DNA from: an uncultured Acidimicrobiaceae bacterium
Lineage (GTDB): Bacteria; Actinomycetota; Acidimicrobiia; Spongiisociales; ZC4RG35
Assembly: GCA_964558575.1 (NCBI GenBank)
Contig: CAZLEQ010000011.1
Coordinates: 1,910 to 65,909 of the forward strand
Direction of reading: 5' to 3'
DNA: 64,000 nucleotides
Each line of letters begins with the position of its first letter. Within the stretch, counting starts at the first letter, position 1. Made by a program: the position numbers and the translations under genes. The notes beneath the pieces were generated by a model. That model was not told the DNA's origin, did no database searches, and worked only from the letters and a program-made list of their open reading frames with translations. Below, one piece after another: positions 9,501 to 18,417 of this stretch.

Positions 9501-10058
9501 CTGGGCCTGGAGAGCGGTGACTGGGTCTGGATCGATGCCAACCCGGCGGACCGCCCCTACGTCGGCGCCTCACCCGATGACCCCTTCTACGAAGCGGCCC
9601 GGCTCATGGCGAGAGTGACGTACAACCATTCGTATCCGCCGGGGGTCACCATGATCAAGCACGCCTTCTACATGGCGACGCCGCGGACGATTCGAGCACA
9701 GAAGAGCCGCGCCGACGGTCGCGCCCTGGCCGACACCGGCTACCAATCGAGCTTCCGCCACGGCAGCCAGCAGTCACTCACCAGAGGCTGGGCCCCGCCG
9801 ATGCATCAGACCGACAGTCTCTTTCACAAGAGGGCCGCCGGTATGGGATTCATCTTCGGTTTCGACGTCGACAACCATGCCATAAACACCGTCCCGAAAG
9901 AGACTTTGGTCCGGATCACCCTGGCGGAGCCGGGTGGGCTGGGAGGCAGTGGGGTCTGGTCGGGTGCGACCACGGGTCACAGCCCGGGCAGCGAGTCGAG
10001 GTTCATGCAGCGGTACCTGTCCGGCCAGATCGTCACCATCAAGGGTGTCAGCACATGA
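6594..10058 (+). CDS. Tat-exported molybdopterin oxidoreductase catalytic (alpha) subunit, type II DMSO reductase family (NarG/NxrA/EbdA-like)
   Basis: Twin-arginine signal MARVTRRQFIKVAGGAGLAAISGV. FS0-type motif C68-x3-D72-x3-C76-x39-C116 lines up with NarG (CRLRAFARNGVVTRLE vs CSWKIYVKNGLVTWE; NPRGCLKG vs EPRGCPRG). 1154 aa. Its stop overlaps the next ATG (ATGA). Confidence 0.9.
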   Translation: MARVTRRQFIKVAGGAGLAAISGVLDLELLALEAFPGIDNPLLTYPNRGWEQIYRDQYAYDSSFTVICAPNDTHMCRLRAFARNGVVTRLEQNYDGANYTDPQGNTSTAHWNPRGCLKGFTLHRRVYGPYRLRAPMVRTGWKEWADDGFPSLSDDPELRTRYRFDDRGNDTFIRLTWDEVDDYAARGLEAIARTYSGEDGHRRLIDRDGYEPEMLEFWEGSGVRTMKFGSSLPVHGVAGKFGLFRFGNMLALLDANVRGVGPEDAVGARDWSEYTWRGDQAPGFPFVHGLQTTEVDFNDLRYSRLLIQVGKNLVENKMPESHWFQEIIERGGKLVSIVPEYGPQSSKSDYWIPVRAGLSDTAIFLYLAKELIERDLYDLDFVKRFTDLPLLIRLDDLTRLRAEEVFAGHGPLLDPEGPSFTLHGMTPEQYEEIGDRVIRDTSGQLRAISREQVGDRLAESGLDPEVDWRGTITLADGSGVEAATALNLYREHLADYDLDTVADITGSPKELLERLLEDVATIRPMSIQVGEGVNHYFHATLHNRATYLVSMLTGQIGIPGSGVSTWAGNYKGGIFHAAPWFGPGVGGYVNEDPFNPLLSERDTYDFDNVHHYLHGEDTSYWGYGDRPLVVDTPAEGRKVFTGRTHMPTPTKVLWYNNANLINQAKWAYHLIKHTNPKVDMIVDQQIEWTGSAEFADIVLPANSWLEFETLEMGGSCSNPFLQLWKGGIRPLYDSRDDVAIFAGVARALAGLTGEPRFADYFKFASEGRPEVYLDRVLKGSFTTEGYTVDDIMSGKYGEPGGALMQYRTYPRIPFWEQVNDSLPFYTDTGRLNAYCDLPEAIEYGENLIVHREAVEATPYLPNVIVSTSPWIRPNDYGIDPGDLDADRRQVRNIKMSWPEVRRTVNPLFDEGYRFLCLTPKSRHSVHSSWAVTDWHWIWNSNFGDPHRTETRMPGVGDAQLHMSPADARSLGLESGDWVWIDANPADRPYVGASPDDPFYEAARLMARVTYNHSYPPGVTMIKHAFYMATPRTIRAQKSRADGRALADTGYQSSFRHGSQQSLTRGWAPPMHQTDSLFHKRAAGMGFIFGFDVDNHAINTVPKETLVRITLAEPGGLGGSGVWSGATTGHSPGSESRFMQRYLSGQIVTIKGVST

Positions 10059-10302
10059 AGATTCTCGAGTCTGGCGACCCATTCGAGCTCGTCGGCGTGC
10101 GACGCCCGGTTGAGATCGGCGTCGAAACCGACACCGACACCGCCCGTTGCCTCATCGAGGAGTACGCGCTGGCAGGCTTCTCCGCCAAAGAGATCTTGCA
10201 GTTGTTCGTCTCGCCGGCATATGCGATGCCGAACGCGATCTACCGACGACGCGGCGCCGATTTCGTGACTGCACTCGTCGAGGCGGTCTTCGGAGGCGTG
10301 CG

Positions 10303-10306
<4 letters not shown>
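10055..10306 (+). CDS. 83-aa protein of unknown function, translationally coupled between the alpha and beta genes
   Basis: ATGA overlaps at both ends (10055-10058 and 10303-10306). Third positions are strongly G/C-biased like the flanking genes. No signal peptide, TM segment or Cys motif. No family recognised. Confidence 0.55.
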
Positions 10307-11525
<1,219 letters not shown>

Positions 11526-11529
<4 letters not shown>

Positions 11530-12269
11530 CACTCACCGCCGATCTAGAACGCGACCTGATCCAGGCGACGGGGCGTTTCACCGTCTACTCCCTCCTGGCG
11601 ACCGGATTCATGCTCCCGACCGAGGGCCGGCTCGAAGTCGTGGCGTCGACGCTCCTTCCCGCGGTCTCCAAGCTCGACGTCGGAGCCGAGGCCGGGGAGG
11701 CGGCGCTCAGGGCGAGAGAGGCCTTGCCCATCGGGATCGAGACCCTGCGCCGTCAGTACATGGAGTTGTTCCCGCCCATCGCCTCCCAGGATGCCCCGGG
11801 ACATGAGACCGGTTATCGCGGCGACCAGATCTTTCAACAGTCAGCGATCATGGCCGACATCGCCGGCTTCTACCGGGCGCACGGGCTGCAGGCCGGCGGT
11901 ACCGAGCGAGAACGTCCGGATCACATCACGGTGGAACTGGAGTTCATGGCCTTCCTCGCCAAGAAGGAGGCGCTGGCTCTCCGCACTGGTGCTCCGGACA
12001 ATGCCTCGATATGTCGTGACACCGCCTCCGCCTTTCTCCGCGACCACCTTGGTTGTTGGGGTCCTGCGTTCGGCCTGCGGGCCCGCGCCGTGGCCTCGAG
12101 CCCCTGGTACTCGGCGCTCGGAGAGCTGCTTGCAGTGTGGATCGAATGGGATTTGCGCGCCATGGGTATCGAGCCGGAGGAGGTCGTAGAGGATCCCTTG
12201 CCTCATGCGGCCCCGGACGATGGCGGCTGTGGCCCCTGCCCGGCCCCCTCGCCTGGAGGTGGGCCGTGA
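11526..12269 (+). CDS. TorD/NarJ/DmsD-type redox enzyme maturation chaperone (delta)
   Basis: Family hallmark RPDHITVELEFMAFLAKKE (the E/PxDH...ELEF motif). ATGA overlap with beta. Operon position typical for the private chaperone. Confidence 0.8.
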
Positions 12270-13267
12270 CCCTCTTCAGGTCGAAGGTGGCGCTGTTCTC
12301 GGCCCTGGTCTTGGTCGCGGTTCTCCTGCGAGTCGCCGATGCCAATCCGGCGATGGCCCAGAACCAGTCGATCGGAGCCTGGGGTGTCACCACGGCACCG
12401 CCGATGGATGGCTCCGCTCCCGAGTGGCAGTCGATTCTGCCGGTCTTTCTGCCGACTACGTCTCAGCAGGTGGAACTACCGATGGGAGGTGGCGCCATCG
12501 AACGCCTCGCGGTCAGGGCAGTGCATCACGACGAGCGTCTGTACGTGATGTTGGAGTGGTCGGATCGGACACCAGACCGGGACTCCGATCGTCACGAGGT
12601 GTTCAGTGATGCCGCCGCCATCCAATTCCCCGCGGAAGCGGGGAGTGAAGTGCCCGCCATCTGCATGGGTCAGGCAGACCAGGCGGTCAACATATGGCAT
12701 TGGCGCGCCGACCAGCAGAATGGTCCCCCCACCCTGTCCGAGTACGGCTACGTCGACTCGTATCCATCGACCGACGACCTCTACTTCACGGCCCGGGAGG
12801 CAGGCAATCCGCTAGCCCGGGTCGAAGCTCGAACCGGGATGAGCAATCTCGTCGCCGGGGGTTTCGGGACCCTGGAGATAACCGACCAGGGTGGACTCGA
12901 TGGCCACGCGGTCCACAAGGACGGCCGTTGGATGGTGGTGTTCGCGAGACCGTTCACCGCCACCGGCGACATGCAGCCCACGATCGGCGGGGGCCCCATC
13001 GACGTCGCGTTCGCGGTGTGGGATGGCAGCAGGGGAGAGCGAGACGGCATCAAGTCGGTGTCGACGTTCACCCAGCTTCGGGTGACCCCCGAAGACCCAC
13101 CTCGCCGACCGGTAGCCGCCACCGACGATTGGCCGGGTTACACGCCGTCGAACCCGATGCTCGTCGTCTCATACGGCTTCATCGTCCTGTTGACCCTGGG
13201 AACTCTGGTGGTCTGGCGGTACATGCGGAGGAGTGAAAGGGGCTCAGATGCCGAGAGCAGCGTCTAA
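12266..13267 (+). CDS. heme-b (gamma) subunit, ethylbenzene-dehydrogenase-gamma (EB_dh) type, with signal peptide and C-terminal TM anchor
   Basis: GTGA overlap with the chaperone stop. Signal-like VALFSALVLVAVLLRVADANPAMA. EB_dh core LYVMLEWSD...AAIQFP...ICMGQADQAVNIWHWRAD...FAVWDGSRGERDGIKSVS with candidate Met/Lys heme ligands. C-terminal helix MLVVSYGFIVLLTLGTLVVW. Confidence 0.8.
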   Translation: MTLFRSKVALFSALVLVAVLLRVADANPAMAQNQSIGAWGVTTAPPMDGSAPEWQSILPVFLPTTSQQVELPMGGGAIERLAVRAVHHDERLYVMLEWSDRTPDRDSDRHEVFSDAAAIQFPAEAGSEVPAICMGQADQAVNIWHWRADQQNGPPTLSEYGYVDSYPSTDDLYFTAREAGNPLARVEARTGMSNLVAGGFGTLEITDQGGLDGHAVHKDGRWMVVFARPFTATGDMQPTIGGGPIDVAFAVWDGSRGERDGIKSVSTFTQLRVTPEDPPRRPVAATDDWPGYTPSNPMLVVSYGFIVLLTLGTLVVWRYMRRSERGSDAESSV

Positions 13268-14252
13268 CTCGATCCTGCGGCTCCTGTCCGGATGGCTGGG
13301 GCTCGTCGTCATCGTCGAGTTGGTGCTCTTGCGAACCGGTACCCGGACTCTCATCCACATCCCGGGACTGGGCCGCTTTGACACTTCTATAGGGATGCTC
13401 AGCGAAGCGGGGCGTCTCGCCTACTACCTGGCAGTGGTCTTGGTCGTCGCCGTGCTGGTGTATCTCGGTCGCATGACCTGGACCGGTGGGACCCTGGCGG
13501 GGAGGGTGCTCGCCGGCGTGGTTTCGGTCTTCCTCGTCACCTCGCTCCTGGGGCGAATCGGCGTGGCCACCCCCTCGGTGGTGGCTTGGATGTCGGTGAT
13601 GGTGTTGGTCGCGGTGTTGGCCCTCACCTGGCGTGGGGCGCAGAGCGTTCCGGTCGCCGCGTTCGTCGCCGCCTCGGTCTCGGCTTCCTGGAGCATCCTC
13701 GGACAGGGGCTCGGACCTGGGATCTCAGGGCCTACCGTCGATTTCGCGGTCGTTCTCGCCGAGGGGCTTCTGCTCCTGGCACTGGCGACCACGCCCCTTG
13801 TCGTTCTTGGGAAGGTGAAGACCTCGGCCGTGGTCGCGGGAGCGGCCGTCTTCGTCCTGGTCGGGGCAGGATTCTGGGCTGGCGGCTCGACCCTGTCCAT
13901 CTTGACCCTGTGGAACCTCGGGGTTCCCGGCTGGTTCTCGCCGATCGCCTACGGGTTTGCCTTCGGCGGCCTGGTGATCGCTCTGGGGTCGGCCCTGGCT
14001 GACCGCCGGGTCACGATCGCAGCCGGTCTGCTGCTGTTGATCGCCGGGGGCGTAGGGCCAATCAGCACCTATCAGACGGCGCTCGCCTTGACCGCGGTGA
14101 TCCTCCTTGGGCTCGCCGTGGGCACGACCGGCCCGGCGTCGGTTCCCGAGGTCGACGATGATGAAACAGCCTTCGGGGCGGGAGGTGGCGACCTCATCCC
14201 AGTCGGTATGACTGATCCGAGTCCGGTCGCACCACGACCAACCGGTGACTGA
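13233..14252 (+). CDS. polytopic membrane protein of unknown function, last gene of the molybdoenzyme operon
   Basis: About 9-10 hydrophobic segments. Overlaps the gamma 3' end (alternative ATG 13248). Only one His in the whole protein. Acidic, Pro-rich tail. No family recognised. Confidence 0.6.
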   Translation: MKGAQMPRAASNSILRLLSGWLGLVVIVELVLLRTGTRTLIHIPGLGRFDTSIGMLSEAGRLAYYLAVVLVVAVLVYLGRMTWTGGTLAGRVLAGVVSVFLVTSLLGRIGVATPSVVAWMSVMVLVAVLALTWRGAQSVPVAAFVAASVSASWSILGQGLGPGISGPTVDFAVVLAEGLLLLALATTPLVVLGKVKTSAVVAGAAVFVLVGAGFWAGGSTLSILTLWNLGVPGWFSPIAYGFAFGGLVIALGSALADRRVTIAAGLLLLIAGGVGPISTYQTALALTAVILLGLAVGTTGPASVPEVDDDETAFGAGGGDLIPVGMTDPSPVAPRPTGD

Positions 14253-14287
14253 TCAGCCAACCGAAGCGGAGAGGCTCGATCCGCTGA

Positions 14288-15247
14288 TCAAGCAGCGGCT
14301 ATCTCCTCGAACCGCCGCAGCCGCTCGGCCAGCACCTCGAGAGCCTCGTCGATGAGCGGCTTGACCCGGTGCTCCGCCACACCGATCTCGTTGGCGACGC
14401 TCGCCATGGTGGCCGGCGCTCCCATCACGTCGAGCCCGTAACGCAGTTCGACGGCGCGGCGGTGGAGCGGGGGGAGTTCGGCGAGGGCATCGTGGAGGGC
14501 CTCTGAGATCATGACCTGCTCGACCTCGCCGTCGGGCTGCAGGGCAGTGAGATCGGCGATGAAGTCACCGAGCATGGCCCCGTCCTCTCCGACGGGAGAC
14601 TCGAGCGCCACCGTCGAACCGACCCGGAGAGCGTCCTCGACATCATCGACGTCGATGCCGGTCTCCTCGGCGATCTGTTCTGGCGTCGGCGTCCTCCCGA
14701 GCTGGGACTGAAGGGCCTCGGAAGCGGCGCGGACCGCGGGAACGAAGTCGTGCAGTCGCGCCGGGAGACGGATCGAATCACTCAGGTTGGCCCGGGCGCG
14801 CTGCATCGCCTGACGAATCCACCAGGTGGCGTAGGTCGAGAACTTGAAGCCACGACGCCAGTCGAACTTCTCGACCGCGGTGATCAGACCCAGATTCCCT
14901 TCCTGGATCAGGTCCAGCATGTCGACGTCGTTGCCGGCGTAGCGGCGGGCGTTGGCGACCACCAGTCTCAGATTCGCCTCGACGAAGCGACGACGCGCGG
15001 TCTCACCCTCGGATACCCTGTGCTGCAGCCGGGTGCGTTCCCCGGTCTCGAGCTTCTCGCCCGACTCGAGACGCTGACGCGCCTCGTCGCCGGCTTCGAT
15101 CGCTTGGGCGAGCCGGACCTCGTCGTCGGCGTCGAGCAACTCGTAGGCTCCGATTCCGGCCAGATAGTGGCCCAGGAGGTCGGTTCCCGACGAACCGTTC
15201 GCGTCACCACGACGTCGCTTCGTGTTTGAGTATGAGGTCTTCTCCAC
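14288..15247 (-). CDS. RNA polymerase sigma-70 family factor (group 2/3-like, diverged)
   Basis: Region 1.2/2: DLLGHYLAGIGAYELLDADDEVRLAQAIEAG ... ANLRLVVANARRYAGNDVDMLDLIQEGNLGLITAVEKFDWRRGFKFSTYATWWIRQAM. Regions 3 and 4 are present. GTG 15247 (VEKTSYS...) chosen; the ORF is open to 15472 but that part is not protein-like. Confidence 0.8.
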   Translation of the reverse strand: MEKTSYSNTKRRRGDANGSSGTDLLGHYLAGIGAYELLDADDEVRLAQAIEAGDEARQRLESGEKLETGERTRLQHRVSEGETARRRFVEANLRLVVANARRYAGNDVDMLDLIQEGNLGLITAVEKFDWRRGFKFSTYATWWIRQAMQRARANLSDSIRLPARLHDFVPAVRAASEALQSQLGRTPTPEQIAEETGIDVDDVEDALRVGSTVALESPVGEDGAMLGDFIADLTALQPDGEVEQVMISEALHDALAELPPLHRRAVELRYGLDVMGAPATMASVANEIGVAEHRVKPLIDEALEVLAERLRRFEEIAAA

Positions 15248-15253
15248 AAAATG

Positions 15254-15269
15254 ACGAACACTTGTTCGT
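15254..15269. promoter_or_regulatory. LexA/Cheo-box-like palindrome
   Basis: ACGAAC-ACTT-GTTCGT has the core CGAAC-N4-GTTCG, as in Gram-positive/actinobacterial SOS boxes (TCGAAC-N4-GTTCGA). It lies 7 nt upstream of the proposed sigma-factor start, in the divergent region shared with the USP gene. Confidence 0.35.
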
Positions 15270-15411
15270 GGGCGCGTATTCCCGCGAGTGGGCGCCAGAG
15301 GGGCACTGGCTGGGCTTTCGGGACATTCCACCGGACTGGGGACCCCCCGGGTCGTGGCATTATGGGGCGTTGTCGGCGAGGCTGGCAGCGAACAGAGCGA
15401 AAGGATGCGGC

Positions 15412-15834
15412 ATGACTGTGGTCGCCGGGATCGATCAGTCACCAACATCGAGACATGTGGTGGCCAGGGCATTGGAGCAGGCCACCTGGCGCGCCACCGA
15501 TCTCCACTTGGTTCATGTCTTCTATCAGCCGATGGTCTACACCGAGGCCGCGGTCAACTGGGGCGAGGTGGCCGCGTCGCAGCGGGCGGGAGTCTGGGGC
15601 AGCGTCGACGACCTGATCTCGGAGGTCGACGTGCCTTTGGAGCGAGTCGACCTCGAGGGCTATCCACCGGAGGCCCTGGTCAGGTATGCCAACGACCTCC
15701 GAGCTTCGTTGGTCGTAGTGGGAACCAGGGGGCGCGGGGAGATCGCATCCTTGGTGCTGGGAAGCACGAGCCATCGTGCCATCCACCTCGCCGAGTGCGA
15801 CGTGTTGGTGGTGAAGGGGAGCCATACCGACTAG
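15412..15834 (+). CDS. universal stress protein (UspA family)
   Basis: MTVVAGIDQSPTSRHVVARALEQA...LVVVGTRGRGEIASLVLGSTSHRAIHLAECDVLVV (ATP-binding G-x2-G-x9-GS motif). GAAAGGA lies before ATG 15412. Confidence 0.85.
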   Translation: MTVVAGIDQSPTSRHVVARALEQATWRATDLHLVHVFYQPMVYTEAAVNWGEVAASQRAGVWGSVDDLISEVDVPLERVDLEGYPPEALVRYANDLRASLVVVGTRGRGEIASLVLGSTSHRAIHLAECDVLVVKGSHTD

Positions 15835-15910
15835 GCGGGCGTCGTTTCACGACCTCAGGGTCCGGGCAACGCTGGCGCGCCGCCCGGATCCCAGGGGTTC
15901 GAGTCTGTCA

Positions 15911-16546
15911 TCAACCTCCGGCGAAGGCCATCTCGAATTCGGCCCGGAGCGCAGGGGTCGACGGCCCGCTGAAGCCGCAGTAGTTGACACTCCCGGCTTG
16001 TGCGGAGATCAGGTACTGCTCTCCGACTGCGAATGGGATTCCGCCGATCAGGGCTTCCATTCCCTGGGGCGCATTGAGTACGACCTGGGAGGCATCGCCG
16101 TCTCGGTACCACGTCTCGACGTCGAGCGTGATGCGGTCGCCATCGACCTCGGTCACGGTTCCCTCGAAGGCCAGTTCGGCGACCCGCTCCAGCTCCTCTG
16201 CAGAGAACATCATGCAGCTTGCCATCACGTCCTCACCTCCGGCCGTCAGCTCGAGCGGCGGGGAGTCCGCCACGGGCGGTGGGTCTTCACCACCGATCAG
16301 CGTTGTCCCCCCGGCCACCGCCAGCATTAGGGCGACCACGGCTGCCACGCCGACCGCCCAGGGGCGACGGGCGCCGGCAGGCGCCTCGGTCCTTTGTTTC
16401 ACGGGTGTGCTCATCACTCTCTCCATTAGCTCACGCGACGACTCCGATGTCGTCGGCTCGGTGGGCACGACGGAGGGCATCGGGTCGATCTTGGCCAGTC
16501 GCTCTCTCATCTCGTCGCTCATCCGGGCGCTCCTATGTGCCTTCAC
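15911..16546 (-). CDS. putative membrane-anchored anti-sigma factor / ECF-associated protein
   Basis: Immediately downstream of the ECF sigma gene and overlapping it (alternative ATG 16522). Short cytoplasmic N-terminus, one TM segment (WAVGVAAVVALMLAVAGG) and an extracytoplasmic domain. No ZAS motif. Confidence 0.5.
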   Translation of the reverse strand: MKAHRSARMSDEMRERLAKIDPMPSVVPTEPTTSESSRELMERVMSTPVKQRTEAPAGARRPWAVGVAAVVALMLAVAGGTTLIGGEDPPPVADSPPLELTAGGEDVMASCMMFSAEELERVAELAFEGTVTEVDGDRITLDVETWYRDGDASQVVLNAPQGMEALIGGIPFAVGEQYLISAQAGSVNYCGFSGPSTPALRAEFEMAFAGG

Positions 16547-17120
16547 CCGAGATATGTCCCGCCGGTGCCTGATCCTGTCGCTGCATGACCTTGGCGAGAC
16601 GTGATCGTGCCCGGCTCAGCCGGAGGGTTGCCGCATTGACCGAGACTCCCAACACAGGTGCAATCTCCCTGGGCTCCAGCCGCTCCCAGGCCCAGAGGCG
16701 CAGGATCTCCCGATCGTCCTCGGCCAACGAGCCGAGTGCTGTCGCCAGTTCGGGATCCGGGCCGGCGTCCGCGGGGTCGCCGACCGGAGGGCCGGGGGGC
16801 TCGGCCTCGATGCGCCTCACCAGACGGAGATGCCGGTTGTGAGTGCGCCGCTGGTTGGCGAGCACGTTGCGGGCGACTCCGTAACACCACGGCAGCACCC
16901 GGTCCGGTGGGGCGTCGTCGAGACGACGCCATAGGGTGAGCATCACCTCGCTGAGGGCGTCGTCGGCGTCCGGCGATGTCGCCCGGCGACGCAGGTAGCG
17001 CTGGACGGGCTCATACACCTCTTCGACGGCGGACTCGAATCGTGTTCGCCGGTCTGTCTCGGGGCTCACTCGCGGGTCTGTGTCCGGTATCGACGTGATT
17101 CTGTCATCGATTCCGTTCAT
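16533..17120 (-). CDS. ECF (group 4) sigma-70 family factor
   Basis: Region 2 FESAVEEVYEPVQRYLRRRATSPDADDALSEVMLTLWRR...PWCYGVARNVLANQRR. Region 4 DREILRLWAWERLEPREIAPVLGVSVNAATLRLSRARSRL. ATG 17120 (MNGIDD...) chosen; the ORF is open to 17267. Confidence 0.85.
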   Translation of the reverse strand: MNGIDDRITSIPDTDPRVSPETDRRTRFESAVEEVYEPVQRYLRRRATSPDADDALSEVMLTLWRRLDDAPPDRVLPWCYGVARNVLANQRRTHNRHLRLVRRIEAEPPGPPVGDPADAGPDPELATALGSLAEDDREILRLWAWERLEPREIAPVLGVSVNAATLRLSRARSRLAKVMQRQDQAPAGHISGEGT

Positions 17121-17172
17121 ACATCCCCAATGGCGACTCTCGGCTCTGCGAATCGAGCGGGTGGCGTGGGGC

Positions 17173-17196
17173 GACGCTTCGGTGAGGCATAGTTCA
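17173..17196 (-). promoter_or_regulatory. candidate ECF-type autoregulated promoter
   Basis: The minus strand reads TGAAC-N15-CGTC (compare ECF GGAAC-N16/17-CGT) about 50 nt upstream of the ECF sigma start. Confidence 0.25.
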
Positions 17197-17199
17197 GAG

Positions 17200-18390
17200 G
17201 TGGAAGAGACCAGGTCTGGCAGGCCTCCGTTACGAGCCCTCGCGGTGGCACTCGGTGCCTTCGTCATGTTGGGTTTGGTCGACGGCTCGCTGGGGGTGGC
17301 CTGGCCATCGGTGCGCGCCGCGTTCGGAAGGGGGCTCTCCGACCTCGGGGTGCTCCTCGCCTTTCTCAGCGCCGGCTATCTGGTGACGAGCCTTGGCTAT
17401 GGCTTGCTCCATGCCCGTCTCGGCACCGGCGCGCTCGTGGGAATCGGCTCCGTCAGCCTCGCCGCTGGTGTCGCCGGGATAGCAATCGCTCCGCGCTGGA
17501 GCGTGATCACCACGGCTGCGGTGTTTATCGGTCTCGGAGGCGGTCTCGTCGATACGGGGATGAACGCTCATGCCGCCCTCGCCCTCGACGTCGGATCGAT
17601 AAACCTGCTCCACGCCTGTTTTGGAGTGGGAGCGACGTTGGGACCCGCGGTGATCACCGTGAGCCTCGTCCTCAGCGACGCGTGGCGAGGCGGGTACGCG
17701 GCATTGTCGGTCTTGGCTGTTCTCTCCTCCCTGGCCATATGGACGCGGAGGAAGCGCTGGACCGGTGGTGCACAGGAACCGAGTGGTGCCACCGCGTCTA
17801 CTGGGGGGCGTGTGGCGCGGTGGCTCCTCTTGATGCTCTTCTTCCTCTATACCGGGCTGGAGGTGGCCACCGGCCAATGGGCATTCACACTCTTGAACGA
17901 AGGGAGGGGTGTGGGTACCGCTACAGCCGGGACTTGGGTTGCCGTCTACTGGGCGGGGCTCACCGTGGGCCGATTCGGATTCGGTATCGTCGGTGACCGA
18001 TTTCGTCCGCCCCGCATCCTCAACTCGAGCATGGTCGTTGCGCTGCTCGGCATTCTCTGGCTCTGGCTGGATCCTCTCGGTCTCGGGGCGATCGGTCTAC
18101 CCGTCGCTGGCCTTGGTCTGGCGGCGGTATTCCCGACCCTGGTCTCGCTCACCCCGGCGCGGATCGGGAGGATCGCTTCGACCCGGAACATGGGGTACCA
18201 ACTCGCCGCCGCCAACATCGGAGCCGCCGGCGTTCCCTGGATCCTCGGGGTGGTTGCCGAGAACCGGGGGTTGGGCGCCCTGGGACTCGGACTGTTCGTG
18301 ACCGGGGCTCTTCTCACCCTGGTGCACCTCATCAGTGGACGAGGATCGAGCAGTGGAGGCACCCTTACCTCTTCGGCACGACAGGTCTAG
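17200..18390 (+). CDS. MFS transporter
   Basis: About 12 TM segments with MFS-like loops (GLVDGSLGVAWPSVRAAFGR...). GTG 17200 chosen; the ORF is open to 17080 and overlaps the divergent ECF gene. Confidence 0.8.
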   Translation: MEETRSGRPPLRALAVALGAFVMLGLVDGSLGVAWPSVRAAFGRGLSDLGVLLAFLSAGYLVTSLGYGLLHARLGTGALVGIGSVSLAAGVAGIAIAPRWSVITTAAVFIGLGGGLVDTGMNAHAALALDVGSINLLHACFGVGATLGPAVITVSLVLSDAWRGGYAALSVLAVLSSLAIWTRRKRWTGGAQEPSGATASTGGRVARWLLLMLFFLYTGLEVATGQWAFTLLNEGRGVGTATAGTWVAVYWAGLTVGRFGFGIVGDRFRPPRILNSSMVVALLGILWLWLDPLGLGAIGLPVAGLGLAAVFPTLVSLTPARIGRIASTRNMGYQLAAANIGAAGVPWILGVVAENRGLGALGLGLFVTGALLTLVHLISGRGSSSGGTLTSSARQV

Positions 18391-18417
18391 GCGCCGCCCG
18401 CCGATATTCTGGCCCCG

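Noticed and set aside
15880-15910. GGGGTTCGAGTCTGTC, a T-loop-like string that could mark a tRNA
   Set aside because: No complementary T-stem, acceptor stem or anticodon arm can be folded around it.
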